A stretch of 64,000 nucleotides of DNA, taken from positions 68,944,001 through 69,008,000 of the forward strand of contig OX597833.1 of NCBI GenBank assembly GCA_951406725.2, given 5' to 3'. Shown here in pieces: positions 1 through 12,349 of the stretch. The stretch is from Octopus vulgaris. Taxonomy: Eukaryota. The translations under genes and the position numbers were made by a program. The notes under the pieces are model-generated. The model made no database searches, was not told the DNA's origin, and was given only the letters and a program-made list of their open reading frames with translations. Position 1 is the first letter of the stretch. Each line of letters starts with the position of its first letter.

Positions 1-305
1 TAACCAAAATCATAGAAGACCAGAGGGGAAAATGGTGTCCTGTCATGGATGCTAGGCTTTATCCTTCACACCGTACTCTGAGTGCTAAATAATTTGTCTG
101 ATGTTAACTGAATCGAAAATATTCCGCCAACGTTTGCAACATAGTCATAAATAACTCAGTTTTAGTCATCGATCACAGAGGCCCCGAAATGTGTCATAGG
201 GACAGGTCCAACTCCATTTCAGATTAAAAGACGAAATTTTCAAAAGCCTTCCACACGTAGAATTTCATCTGTGTATTTTGGTTCTTTAATATAAATTCAA
301 ATCAA

Positions 306-750
306 GGCGGCATACTTGCGGAATCGTTAGCAGGTCAGGCATAATGCTCAGCGGCATTTCGTCCGTTTATATATATTCTAAGTTAGAGGGCGGCGGGGAG
401 ATGGCAGAAACGTTAGCGCGCCGGGCGAAATGCTTAGCAGTATTTCGTCTGCCGCTACGTTCTGAGTTCAAATTCCGTCCAGGTCGACTTTGCCTTTCAT
501 CCTTTCGGGGTCGATAAATTATGTACCAGTTACGCACTGGGGTCGATATAATCGACTTAATCCGTTTGTCTGTCTATGTTTGTCCTCTCTGTGTTAGCCC
601 CTTGTGGGTAGTAAAGAAATATATATTCTAAGTCCAAATTCTGCAGCGGTCGACTTCGTCTTTCATCCTTGTGGGGTAGATAAATTAAGTATCAATCAAC
701 TTACTCCATGCCCTAAATTGCTAGCCTTGCGCCAAAATTTGGAACCGATA
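306..750 (+). mobile_element. older family A SINE interrupted by the 388-618 copy
   Basis: Head at 306-383 continues at 634-750 with GTCGACTTCGTCTTTCATCCTT. Confidence 0.7.
388..618 (+). mobile_element. tRNA-derived SINE family A (Meta-domain-like), nested in an older copy
   Basis: A/B-box-like head (TGGCAGAAACGTTAG...GAGTTCAAATTCC) and core GTCGACTTTGCCTTTCATCCTTTCGGGGTCGATAAA. Flanked by direct repeat ATATATATTCTAAGT (369-383, 619-633). Confidence 0.85.
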
Positions 751-1341
751 TCAATTTGAATTATTCATTTGGCCCAAAATTTCGTCGAATAAACATAACG
801 TATCTGCACACGCATTGTGCATACCACGTCAAAGTAAAGAGATTTACAACGTTTATGTGGAGTAAAATATTGACTCAAGATTATTGTGGCTTGCCATAAA
901 ATACTTTCTACATTGTCTTGCGAAAATACAGTAAATCATGAGAGGAAACCTGAGAGGAGTGATGAGTTATTGCTCGATAATTAATCAAAAGGAGAATGTG
1001 TGCATTGTTGATTTAGTGTCTTGACGTAAGAATTGGAAATCTAAATTTTTAATATCTCGCCCTTCAATAAAGAACATGAAAAATAAGAAATGAACTGTCA
1101 AAAGAGAAAAGCATTAATGGCTGGCAAATCCGCATAGTGCGATTGGAAAACAAATGGCTTACATTCCGCAGAACTGCTGGAGATCTCTCTCTCTCTCTCT
1201 CTCACGCAGCAAGACAGAAATATAGAAAGCTATATAGACAGAAGATACATAGCTAAAGAGATAGCGATCGAAATAAGGACATATAGTTGTGTTTAGAGAG
1301 AGTAAAGAAAGAAATACGCAACTTGCGGGTGTCTATACTAC

Positions 1342-1399
<58 letters not shown>

Positions 1400-1956
1400 A
1401 TGTGCTAGATCACACATTTTAGCTATAATTTATCAAACATCATAGTATATTTCATTTATTGATGACTTCACTATCAAATGTAGTCTCATGTAGCTTTTTG
1501 GTAATAATCTCTGCTATCCAATACATAATTTCCTCCAAAGGAATCATATAAGATGGGTTTTTTTTCCTCATGCAAACAACGTTCAATTATTTTCTATATT
1601 TGCATCTAAATTTATCTGAAAATCTTATTTGCTTCAAAATTTCAACAACGTGTTTTCGCTCCTCCCATTTTCCCATCCAAATGGCGGTTTCTTATTTTAC
1701 TTTAGCTTTGTTCTTCGTTACAATAGTGTTCATTAAATAATTTATCACCATCTACAAGTATGGAGAATAGCATGACGTTTTGTTTTCATATCCTACAACG
1801 TGACGCTATTTTTCAATGTATTTCTTTCAGTATATGAATGAACATTATAAGCGTGAATATTTGTAAACATTTTTTTATTGCACTCTTTTCTGTATAAATC
1901 CAAATTATAACAGGCATTCATAGATATTTAAATTTACATTCGTTTCTATAAGAAAC

Positions 1957-2275
1957 GTGGAAGCGCGTGGCTTAGTGTAGTGCTTAGGGTGTCAGCACCA
2001 TGATCGTAAGATTGTGGTTTCGATTCCTGGACTGGGTGATGCGTTGTGTTCTTGAGCAAAACACCTTATTTCACATTGCTCCAGTCCACTCAGCTGGCAA
2101 AAATGAGTAATGCTGCGGTGGACTGGCGTCCCGTCCAGCTGGGGAACACATATGCCATAGAAACCAAGAAACCGGGCCCATGAGCCTTAAAGGCTTTAAA
2201 AAATGCGCATTATATTTAAGGCGCTGCACCAGCATGGCCGCAGCTCTGAGCTGAAAGTAAAAAAGAAAAAAAAAA
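1957..2275 (+). mobile_element. tRNA-derived SINE family D (V-domain-like) with family-B-type 3' tail
   Basis: tRNA-like head, GTGTTCTTGAGCAAAACAC...TTGCTCCAGTCCACTCAGCTG, then CCAGCATGGCCGCAG tail and A-rich end. Confidence 0.75.
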
Positions 2276-2699
2276 GAAAAGAAATGCAATATGTTACGAT
2301 GAACTTTTTAAAACTATAATATATACACCCACACGATTACTCTTGCGCATATGCTTACATACGTACACATGTAAGCATACACGCTCAGCTCATATATAAT
2401 TTTGTACGATAGAAGCAGAATACCCCGTGACCAGAGACCTTTGATCGTTAAGCCAACACCACTACAAGGTATGTTTAGAACAATGATGTCTCCTCCACTT
2501 TCACAACTTTATCCATCGGAATCCTTTCCGATAGATTATCATTTGATTCAAAAATAGTTCTTCAGGCCGATGCATTGTTAAACCAATAAATCATGAAATT
2601 TAAATGAGAATACTTATCTTCGGAAAGTGTCTGCAGAAGGAATCAAAGACTTTTATTTACGAAACAAAACCAATGCCATCTCAATAAATATTGGAATTG

Positions 2700-2826
2700 T
2701 GGTAGCGAGCCGGCAGAATCGTTATTACATCGGACAAAATACTTAGCCGCATTTCTTTCGTTTTTACTTTCTGAGTTCAAATTCATGCAGAGTCGACTTT
2801 ACTTTCATCCTTTCGGGGGTCGATAA
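2700..2826 (+). mobile_element. family A SINE, partial
   Basis: GGCAGAATCGTTA...GAGTTCAAATT...GTCGACTTTACTTTCATCCTTTCGGGG. Confidence 0.7.
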
Positions 2827-3006
2827 TGAATGTTCCCTTGATCACTGTTTATTGCGGTGGGGTGATCTTGCAATCAACATGTCTGCATGCTGTTATATAA
2901 CGTGATACGATAGGCTACACTTTAAGAAAATTCCAAAACGCCCTTCAAATATGCCGACCAAGTAGCAAAACTGCACCATGTGGAAGTTCTTCATGGCTGA
3001 TGGCCA

Positions 3007-3041
<35 letters not shown>

Positions 3042-3214
3042 AGGCGCAGGAGTGGCTGTGTGGTACGTAGCTTGCTAACCAGCCACACGGTTCCGGGTTC
3101 AGTCCCACTGCGTGGCACCTTGGGCAAGTGTCTTCTGCTATAGCCCCGGGCCGACCAATGCCTTGTGAGTGGATTTGTTAGACGGAAACTCAAAAGAAGC
3201 CTGTCGTATATATG

Positions 3215-3258
<44 letters not shown>

Positions 3259-3458
3259 TGTGTTTGTCCCCCTAGCATTGCTTGACAACCGATGCTAGTG
3301 TGTTTACGTCCCCGTCACTTAGCAGTTCGGCAAAAGAGACCGATATAATAAGTACTGGGATTGCAAAGAATAAGTCCCGGGGTCGATTTGCTCGACTAAA
3401 GGTGGTGCCCCAGCAAGGCCACAGTCAAATGACTGAAACAAGTAAAAGAGTAAAAGAG
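3042..3458 (+). mobile_element. tRNA-derived SINE family B (CORE-like, internal TA/TG microsatellite)
   Basis: AGGCGCAGGAGTGGCTGTGTGGTA...GGTTCAGTCCC...CCTTGGGCAAGTG, ending GTAAAAGAGTAAAAGAG. Several near-identical copies in the window. Confidence 0.9.
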
Positions 3459-4296
3459 TATATATATTATACGAGCACTATCACGACTAGGGTCCCAGTT
3501 TATATATATATATATATATTGCCATGACCACACACGCACACAAATGTGCATATTTATTGTAGAGTACGTACATTTAATCGGAGAACGCTACGTGCTTATT
3601 ATTAAAGTATCATGATATCAAAGAAATCTTATTCTGAAATGCTACAATGAAATGGCATCGAAAATGACAATAGCTTATCGTTTGCAGTAGCGCTATGAAG
3701 AGGTCTTCTGTTGTCTTGTTTGATGTTAACATTAGTCGTGCAACAAATGTGAAAGGTTAATTCTAAACAGGTTTGTTTCATCTTCCCAAGTACGCTCATT
3801 GAATTGATTGATTAATGTAATTGTGCAATCATTAAATATAACGAATTTGGCTTCGTAAGATGCAGTACGCGTGCGCAATGAAAATTTGTTAATATTTTTA
3901 ATATTATTCTGAAAATTGTTGAATGCAGAATATATTTTTGATATTTTCGCTATATATTGACGTGACAGCAGGCAGTTTGTAGTGTCCTTATAAATAATTC
4001 CGTTTTCTCGCTTTCTGTAAAGTTTCTTATACACACATATTTAAACACTTATATTCATACTCGTGTGTATACACACCGACAGTAAAGCACGCATTTATAT
4101 ATATACTGTTTTGATGTATTTCAAGTGATGTCGGTTGATGTCGGAATAGAGAGTCTTCGTAATCAAATATTAAAGAGCAGTTTCAAGTATTAGAGATATG
4201 TAGGTGTATAGAGATAGGTAAATAGATAGGTTGATAGAAAGAAATTATCGTTTCAGACAACACCTTGATAGGGGGTTAACTGACACTGTTCAACAT

Positions 4297-4684
4297 TGGT
4301 GGAAGCACTCCGTCGGGCCCGACGACGAGGGTTCCGGTTGATCCGATCAACGGAACAGCCTGCTCGTGAAATTAACGTGTAAGTGGCTGAGCACTCCACA
4401 GACACGTGTACCCTTAACGCAGTTCTCGGGGATATTCAGCGTGACACAGAGAGTGACAAGGCCGGCCCTTTGAAATACAGGTACAACAGAAACAGGAAGT
4501 AAGAGCGAGAGAAAGTTGTGGTGAAAGAGTACAGCAGGGATCACCACCTTCCCCTGCCAGAGCCTCGTGGGGCTTTTAGGTGTTTTCGCTCAATAAACAC
4601 TCACAACGCCCGGTCTGGGAATCGAAACCGCGATCCTATGACCGCGAGTCCGCTGCCCTAACCACTGGGCCATTGCGCCTCCAC
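4297..4684 (-). mobile_element. tRNA-derived SINE family C, tail type 1
   Basis: Reverse strand GTGGAGGCGCAATGGCCCAGTGGTTAGGGCAGCGGACTCGCGGTC...GGTTTCGATTCCC; shared with 20358, 26055, 44418, 49184, 50372. Confidence 0.9.
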
Positions 4685-5399
4685 TGTTCAACATTAGTAG
4701 ATGCGCAAACCTCACAAAAACATCTCAACACGATGACAAACAATATGAAAGTAGAAATAATAAGCTGAGAAACGAGGAGGGAAAACGAAGGATGAGAAAG
4801 AATAAAGAAGAAACCGAAAGAAAATCCTTTTCTCTTCAACGAGTACACGATAGAACATCTTTTAACAGTCCTTAAGAAGTGGTTTAATCTTCCTAATGGA
4901 ATCGCACGTTCAGGCCATGTCATCAGACGAGTACCACTCACGTACTAATATCATAGCAGTTACGTATTCCTATTGATAATGACCAATATATTCACTGAAT
5001 AAATAAGTGAAACGCTTTAGAACGAATGTGCAAGTGTTGTTTACAAAAATTAATTTCTGTATGGCGCGAGATATATATTGAATCAACGAAATGGGTAACC
5101 ACAAATAGAGCAGTCTGGAACGATGCCGACTGAGAACTTAAGTGAGAATAAAGTAACGGTAGAGATTTTGATAGCCAAGACGCACGTTATTAAAAAGTTT
5201 TAATTCTCACACACAGCTTTATAAACATGTGCGCGTGATGGTATATATATGAGCAAGAAATGTAGGTCTTTATATCCATATATATTTTAGACTATTTCTA
5301 ATATTATTTCCGTATGTTCACAATCCAGGAATTAAAGTAAAGAAGTAAACCCCTTTTTGTTATGACCGCATGAATGAATGTTGGCTTTATTGTCGTTAC

Positions 5400-6340
5400 A
5401 GAACAAATGAGAGTGGGACTCAAGGAATGTGTTAGCTTTTGCGTTTACTGAGTGATGACACCCCGTACATGGTAATCAATGGTGTTGCAGTCTTGGGAGT
5501 TAGGTCGCCAAATGTTAAAGGTGATGTGGTCGCAGACATTCTCCGACAGCCACGAGTGGGTTCTCCTGCTTGTGTGACATGGTGCAGAGTCATGTTGCCA
5601 TACATTGGGTCTTCCAGCAGCCAACCTTTTGATCCAGTATAGCATTACCTCCTCCAGGTACATGATGTAGGCCTCCGTAGTGAGTCTGAGGTGGTTTGGG
5701 AAGATGAATGGAGGCAAAACGACGCCATCACAAGATATCACTCCATTATGTTCACTGGATGTTTGATTTTTATCAATCTCGGTATATGTTAGGGGACACG
5801 GCGAGCCAACGGTTGTTCTGTGTGTTCAGTATCGATCCTGACAGAAAAAAAATCTCATCTGGAAAAATACCAAAGCATGTTTGGTTGGAGGGGATGCTTC
5901 AGTTTGTTTAAAATCTTCGTAACGCGATCTTTCCTCTTATCCTTCACGGTTTGGTATAAAACCTGGCCCTTTGATATCTTGTATGAGGGATACCGAATGT
6001 CTTCATGCACTATCTGCTCGATAGCAAACTCAGACACGCCCAGGCCCTGGTGATGGAACCGATTGACTAGAAGGGATCATTGTCAATCATGGCCTGGATC
6101 ACACCCACAAATTCAGGAGTTCCTTTCTTATCAGAACGGTCAGAGTGAGTTATCCAATCTGTCGTACCTTTGTAATCATCATTACACTTATCCAATTCTG
6201 TCTGAATCTTCTGCACCGCGCTCAGATTGGCACTCATACACTCTGAAATGTTCCTATTGGAGATTTCGATGCAAATGCCAAGCAGTATAACATGTCGTTT
6301 CCAAATTTCTGGCAGAGTGAATTTTGTCATAGTGTTTTTA
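5400..6340 (-). mobile_element. degenerate IS630-Tc1-mariner transposase, DD37D (maT-like)
   Basis: ORF pieces 6067-6330, 5855-6037, 5445-5741. WQHDSAPCHTSRRTHSWL...WRPNSQDCNTIDY has 37 residues between the last two catalytic D. Frameshifted. Confidence 0.85.
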
Positions 6341-6491
6341 TTTATTTTGTATCACAAACAGTGCCCAGCAGATCCTACTATACTGTATACTCGAAAAAAA
6401 TAATAACAAGACGCATGCGAAAAGTAAGGAATATAAAATGGTGACAGTTTACCCATCGCACGTTGTATAAACTTCCATCGCAAGTTGTATA

Positions 6492-6526
<35 letters not shown>

Positions 6527-7289
6527 GAGAGAGAGAGAGACTGACAGGCAGACAGACAACCAGATGAAGAGTGACACATAAAAACATACGTTTATAAATT
6601 AAATATTTCGATTATGATTTTGATGCGATTCGGTATTTAAAAATTCGTGAAAGCGCTCAACGCACAAAACAAACGTGAAATATCATTGATTCGCAAGACG
6701 CCATTTGGGAAATAATCTAAATAAAACTATATGTAATACAAGTTACTTTTAAGCTTATTAATCCAGTTAAAGTTTTTAAATTTCTCACAAAAATAATTAT
6801 GCATTGAAAGACGTTGATCAATACACGATTTTCGAGTTCTATGAAATACCATTGAGAGAGATAAAATTAATTCTTTCAATGGTTCGATGTAGAAATATTT
6901 TTTCCTATTATTTCTTTTCTTACTGTCACATATAATAATGCAATGATTACAACCGTGAGAAAAAATATATATAAGAAGCTGGATTATCGTGTCGCGACTT
7001 CTATCTAATAGTGAAAGATTTAGTTAGAGTGATTGGATTTTTGTCAGACAATCTGAGTACCGTTAAATAATTTTAAAAAGGTAATTAAATATTACCTCCG
7101 GAGAATTGTTATAAAGATTCCGCATAAAAAATTGATTTAGTTTAAACAGATTCTTTTTATTTTGTTATTTATTGAACTGAAAGCGACGATATTTTATGAC
7201 ATATGCTTCTCTTTCGATTAAAACATCCGTATCAGTCATCGTTTGTGTATACTTATTAAAACACACCCTTTTGAGATATATATATATGT

Positions 7290-7558
7290 GTGGAGGCGCA
7301 ATAGCCTAGTGGTTAGGGCAGCGGACTCCGGGCGTTGTGTGTGTTTATTGAGCGAAAACACCTAAAAGCTCCACGAGTCTCCGGCAGGGGGGGTGATCCC
7401 TGCTGTACTCTCACCACTCTTTCTCCCACACTTTCTTCTGTTGGCCTGCTCGCTTAGCCAGCGGGGTGGTGTCATTCGAAGGCTAAAACAATGCGAACGC
7501 ATTGTGACCAGCGATGTGTAACAACATCTGATGGTCTGGTCGGTCACGTGATCACGTG

Positions 7559-7560
<2 letters not shown>
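7290..7560 (+). mobile_element. family C SINE, tail type 2, with deletion in head
   Basis: GTGGAGGCGCAATAGCCTAGTGGTTAGGGCAGCGGACTC joins directly to CGGGCGTTGTG (B-box segment missing); ends GGTCACGTGATCACGTGAT. Confidence 0.85.
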
Positions 7561-7590
<30 letters not shown>

Positions 7591-7591
<1 letters not shown>

Positions 7592-8497
7592 CAGATATCT
7601 ACTATAAACCGACAGACTCTAAACAGTACCTACCCTTTGATTCATGCCACCCACGACACACTAGAATGAATGTCCCTTTTTGTTTAGCTAGAAGGATTTG
7701 CACCATAATATCAGACACAAACACCCGACACACACGTCTCCAGGAACTTAGAACCACACTCACAAATAGAAACTATCCACAGCCCCTAATAGACAGTGCA
7801 ATCCAACGGGTACTTAAATTAAGTATAGAAGACCTGAGACAAACAAAACCAAAAAAGAAAGAACAATTAAAAACCCTTCCCTTACATCTCTACACACAAC
7901 CCACTCAACAATGAGGCCTTCAACACCATACTACAAAGCACAGCCCTACTAAAGGGAGACCCAAAGATGAACCGGATCCTCGAAACACACACCATCATTA
8001 AAAGTAAACGGCAACCAAAATCCTTGAAAAGGATTTTAACCCAAGCTACACTGCACTCAACATCAACCACAAAACCAGCAGTTAGAAAATGTGGAAGGCC
8101 CAACTGCGGAATCTGTGTCATCTTGAAAGAAGGATCAGAATTTATACTGGAACAAGGCCACCAGTTCACCATTAGAACAAACTTCACCTGCGCATCAGAA
8201 AACTTAATTTACGTCATAACATGCGCAGGCTGCAATAGGCAGTATATAGGCCATACAAAAAATAGCTTACGTAACAGGATGGCGGTGCATAAATCACAAA
8301 TTAGAAACCCTGATTACCGCAAAATACCGGTCAGCGGACACATAGATAGATGTGCTGGAAATGTAAATCCGAAATTTACAACTAACCCGCTCTATAAATT
8401 CAGTGACAACGCAACCTTCACACAACGCCAAAATAAAGAACTATATTTCATAAAAAAATTTAGACCAAGTTTAAACACCCTGGGCCAGGAATACTAA
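7591..8497 (+). pseudogene. PLE ORF remnant: RT thumb/linker + GIY-YIG endonuclease, one frameshift near 7880
   Basis: CGRPNCGIC...FTCASENLIYVITCAGCNRQYIGHTKNSLRNRMAVHKSQIR...HIDRC...RQNKELYFIKKFRPSLN. Confidence 0.9.
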
Positions 8498-8663
8498 AAC
8501 AAAAGATAAGTCCTCCGAAAAGGAGAACCAAATTTCACCACGGCCGCTACTTCAAACAGACACTCACTCTGACGGAAATATGCCTTAGTAAAAAAGGGAA
8601 AAAATTCTTTCGTGCAAATCTGACCCTGATACATACGATACAGCTAAGGGTCAGACCCGATTC

Positions 8664-9036
8664 TGATTGGTCAACAAGTTGATGACGTCTAGCTCTGCTA
8701 GAATGGACAGGATACAAACAGGGGACAGTCATTAGTCAGAATATTGATGACGTCCTTTTCTGCTTGAATAGTCACCTAACAAGTACAGACAGGGGACAGA
8801 TCTAATGTAGCTATAAGTCGTGATTGGGCAGAATCTGAATGACATCCCGCTATGCTTGACTAACGAAGCGACTGGTCAAGACAGGAAACAAACAAGAGGG
8901 AGTTATAATGCAGCGATTGGTCAAAATAATGATGACGTCCCGTTCCACTTGATTAAAGCCAACTAACGAAACGATTGGTCAAAACATTGATGACATCACG
9001 CTACGCTAGATTGACCACCTAACAGGCATTATAAAA
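8664..9036 (+). promoter_or_regulatory. array of inverted CCAAT + CRE-like composite sites followed by TATA box
   Basis: ATTGG/ATTAG at 8666, 8731, 8823, 8916, 8974, each with TGACGT/TGACAT starting exactly 17 bp later; TATAAAA at 9030-9036. Confidence 0.6.
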
Positions 9037-9539
9037 CCAAGCATTTCACAAAAAATCACTAGAACCACCCAGCGAACTTCCACCATGGGTCATCACAATT
9101 GCTTAAGGTAAAAATGAATTCCTCGCTCTTTCGGAAACATCAATCTTCTGTATTGACCGCTTTCCACCACTTTGATCTGTTTTTTGTATTGAATACGTAT
9201 CGCCACCGTGGGCCACTGCATCGAACACTTTGAAATATACTTCAAACTATATATCAACTATACATGAACTATATATCAACTATACATGAACTCTAAGATG
9301 TCTGACTCCGTTGTGTATTATAAATGAATTTCTTGTGTTTGACGGTATGAGATGTCTCTTTTAATATATAACTTTTTTTGATAAGGTTCATTTCAGGAAC
9401 TGAAACATGTTAATGTATATATAAAAATTAAAAATTGTATAATACAGCAGCATTTTCGAACTTCATTTTTTACAAATATATACCTACTCGTATACGAGCT
9501 AATCCTATTATAAATATATATATATATATATATATATAG

Positions 9540-9750
9540 TTGATCCAAACATGATCAAAGAGAAAACACAACAACGCGAGGACGTGGAACAAGTATAGTG
9601 TTATTGGACGCTCAGTAAAGGAAAGACAGAAGGAGGATTTAAACGTTCGAGTGGAGCTCTTCGTCAGAAACATAGAAAAAGAAAAGGTCCAAGGAAGGGA
9701 AGACGGAGAAAGAAAATCGCCAACGATACACACGCGCTCACATATTGAAA
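9540..9750 (-). mobile_element. short non-autonomous element in (TA)n with hammerhead-like motif
   Basis: Bounded by TA tracts; minus strand CTGACGAAGAGCTCCACTCGAACGTT at 9641-9670. Confidence 0.55.
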
Positions 9751-10165
9751 TATATATATATATATATATATATATCTAAAGGATGTGTTATAATACTATT
9801 CCATATATGTAAAAACAGTCATGCCAATAATCCAGCATACATCTATCATCAGCTACCCCGCAGATATCATTTGTGATTTATCCAGCAATTACAGGTCTAG
9901 AAGAAAAAAATTAAGTCGAAAATGCACACGAAATAAATTAAAATATATTTGTATTTTAAAATATAGCAATACACTCCACCATTTCACAAGGTTTTTGAAA
10001 AGGTGTTGTGTCTCAAATTCTGGTCGTTTTTTTTTCTTTATAAGAATAGCTTGCTTTTAAAGTAGGAACCTGGCTCAGGATGCTCTCCATTAACGCACAA
10101 ATTGATTCGTCAGCGTTCATGTGTTAGGCTCTCGTGGCAGTCGCACGAGTGTGTTTTTGTGCGTA

Positions 10166-10210
<45 letters not shown>

Positions 10211-10577
10211 ACACACATAGACAAACAAGTGGTGTGACCAGAGTTAAGAAACACCGAAATACCAAATTGAAATTTCATTTAAACCCTCCCCTCTATCTCT
10301 TACCCTCTAATAAAATGGACGTGTCTAACACGCTCACGAAACAAAGCCTTGTGGAGGTGAGTCAAAGGAGTTATGAAATACATATGACTCCAACCAGTTC
10401 TAGATTGTGTAGTTTCGTATTTTCGTTTGTTCTCTCATTTGTGTATGTGTGAGATTCCATATTTTATATTGTTTTATTTATTATTTTTATATTATACTAT
10501 ATATGAGAGAGCCAGGAATAAAAAGCGAAAGCTAGAATAGAGAAAGAAGTTAGTATATTTTTGATATTGTAAGCAAT

Positions 10578-10744
10578 AGGCGCAGGAGTGGGTGTGTGGT
10601 AAGTAGCTTGCTTGCTAACCAACCACATGGTTGCGGGTTCAGTCCCACTGCGTGGCATCTTGGGCAAGTGTATTCTGCTATTGCGCCGGGCCGACCAATG
10701 CCTTGTGAGTGGATTTGGTAGTCGGAAACTGAAAGAAACCTGTC

Positions 10745-10806
<62 letters not shown>

Positions 10807-11073
10807 GTGTGTGTGTGTGTGTGCGTGTTTGTGTCTGTGTGTGTGCGTGTTTGTGTCTGTGTGTGCGTGTTTGTGTGTCTGTGTTTGTCCCCCTAGCATT
10901 GCTTGACAACCGATGCTGGTGTGTTTACGTCCCCGTCACTTAGCGGTTCGGCAAAAGAGACCGATAGAATAAGTACTGGGCTTACAAAAGAATAAGTCCC
11001 GGGGTCGATTTGCTCGACTAAAGGCGGTGCTCCAGCATGGCCGCAGTCAAATGACTGAAACATGTAAAAGAGT
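10578..11073 (+). mobile_element. family B SINE
   Basis: Full head, expanded internal microsatellite, full tail. Confidence 0.9.
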
Positions 11074-12115
11074 AATTAGTCACTCTTGAGTGTAAAGTTT
11101 TAACAGCTTGCTGTATTTATTCACTGTAAATGAGAAAAACAATTAAGGTATTATTATTATTATTATTATTATACAATAATTTAAGTGACGATGATATAAG
11201 CGTACCTATAAGAATCATTAATCGTTACATCTCGCAACAACGTAAAGGCTTAATGCTACTTGTGGAATGATTGCATCTTCAAATGAAATTTTCACCATTA
11301 AGTTTGATCATACAGTCTCTCGATAATATCAACAGCAGTGTTCCCTAACTTCGATGTGCTGCTCCTAATATATATATCATCACAGGGAGCATCACCATCT
11401 CTCCTAATCTCATTTACTCGATCATTACGTTTAAATGCTTCAGCATCTCACGCTTCTAATTTGATCAGCAGGAAACAATGCTCTAATGCTATTCCTCGTA
11501 ATGAGATGACAGTTGTGTCCAGATTACGTCACAAAGTTTGCAATTTCCGGTTGTGAAAGCATTATCATCTCCTATAAGGCCCTTAATAATAGAGATGAGA
11601 TTCTGCTCATTGCTGGTACGTGTATAATCAAGGGTACGCCAATTTGACGTTGTGTTAATACACGTAGCCTTTGTAATCTATTACAACGAGGATTAATGTG
11701 ATAGTTAAGTAAGAGTCAGTCCAAAAATGATTCCAGTATTACTCTATGAAAGCTGCAGGTCTTTAAAGACAGGTTAATTACAGGTGGGGTGTGATATACT
11801 GTTCCATTTGATAGCAGGGATTATAGCATTATCTTATAAGCAATGCAACTCATTATATTTGAAGAGCGTATTATGTGATTCTGAAATTCTTGCATGTTGA
11901 CATAACAAAAGCTTCGGTACATCTCTTGGAAGCAAAACATGTTTTAATGTATAAATTAGATAAATGTTAAACAACAGGAAATTATGAATTACTATCGGTG
12001 TCAACCCAGTCTATTAACATGGATTCTTTCCTTTTGAACAGAGCTTCCTGGTTAAAATATCAGGATCACGAATGCGGATTTTGTTAAAGGTAATTTTACA
12101 GTATAATTTTACAGA

Positions 12116-12349
12116 GGGCGGCGAGCTGGCAGAATCTTTAGCACGCCGGGCGAAATGCGTAGCCGTATTTTGTCTGCCGCTACGTTCTGAGTTCAAATTC
12201 CGCCAAGGTCGACTTTGCATTTCATCCTTTCGGGGTCGATTAAATAAGTACCAGTTACACACTGATGGGCGATATAATCGACTTAATCCGTTTGTCTGTC
12301 CTTGTTTGTCCTCTCTGCATTTAGCCCCTTGTGGGTAGTAAAGAAATAT
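12116..12349 (+). mobile_element. family A SINE
   Basis: Near-identical to 388-618. Confidence 0.9.

Larger units (their letters stand above)
7591..9505 (+). mobile_element. 5'-truncated Penelope-like retroelement with long 3' non-coding region
   Basis: TDIYYKPTDSKQYLPFDSCHPRHTRMNVPFCLARRICTI (PLE RT C-terminal region) begins directly after (GA)n. GIY-YIG domain follows; ends at (TA)n. Confidence 0.85.

Noticed and set aside
2893-3527. Recurrent short ORFs (..RLPNPLTRHWSARG.., MTTDAGVFTSP..)
   Set aside because: Chance frames in family B SINE copies
3732-4034. 100-aa minus-strand ORF
   Set aside because: No recognisable motif; non-ATG start; compatible with chance in AT-rich DNA
4610-4684. 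tRNA gene-like sequence (also 26255-26328, 32195-32269)
   Set aside because: Continues into multi-copy SINE body; it is a SINE head, not a tRNA gene
11770-11830. Minus-strand SNGTVYHTPP resembling the nicotinic/chemotactile receptor G.V.W.PP motif
   Set aside because: No Cys-loop, FPFD or transmembrane segments nearby
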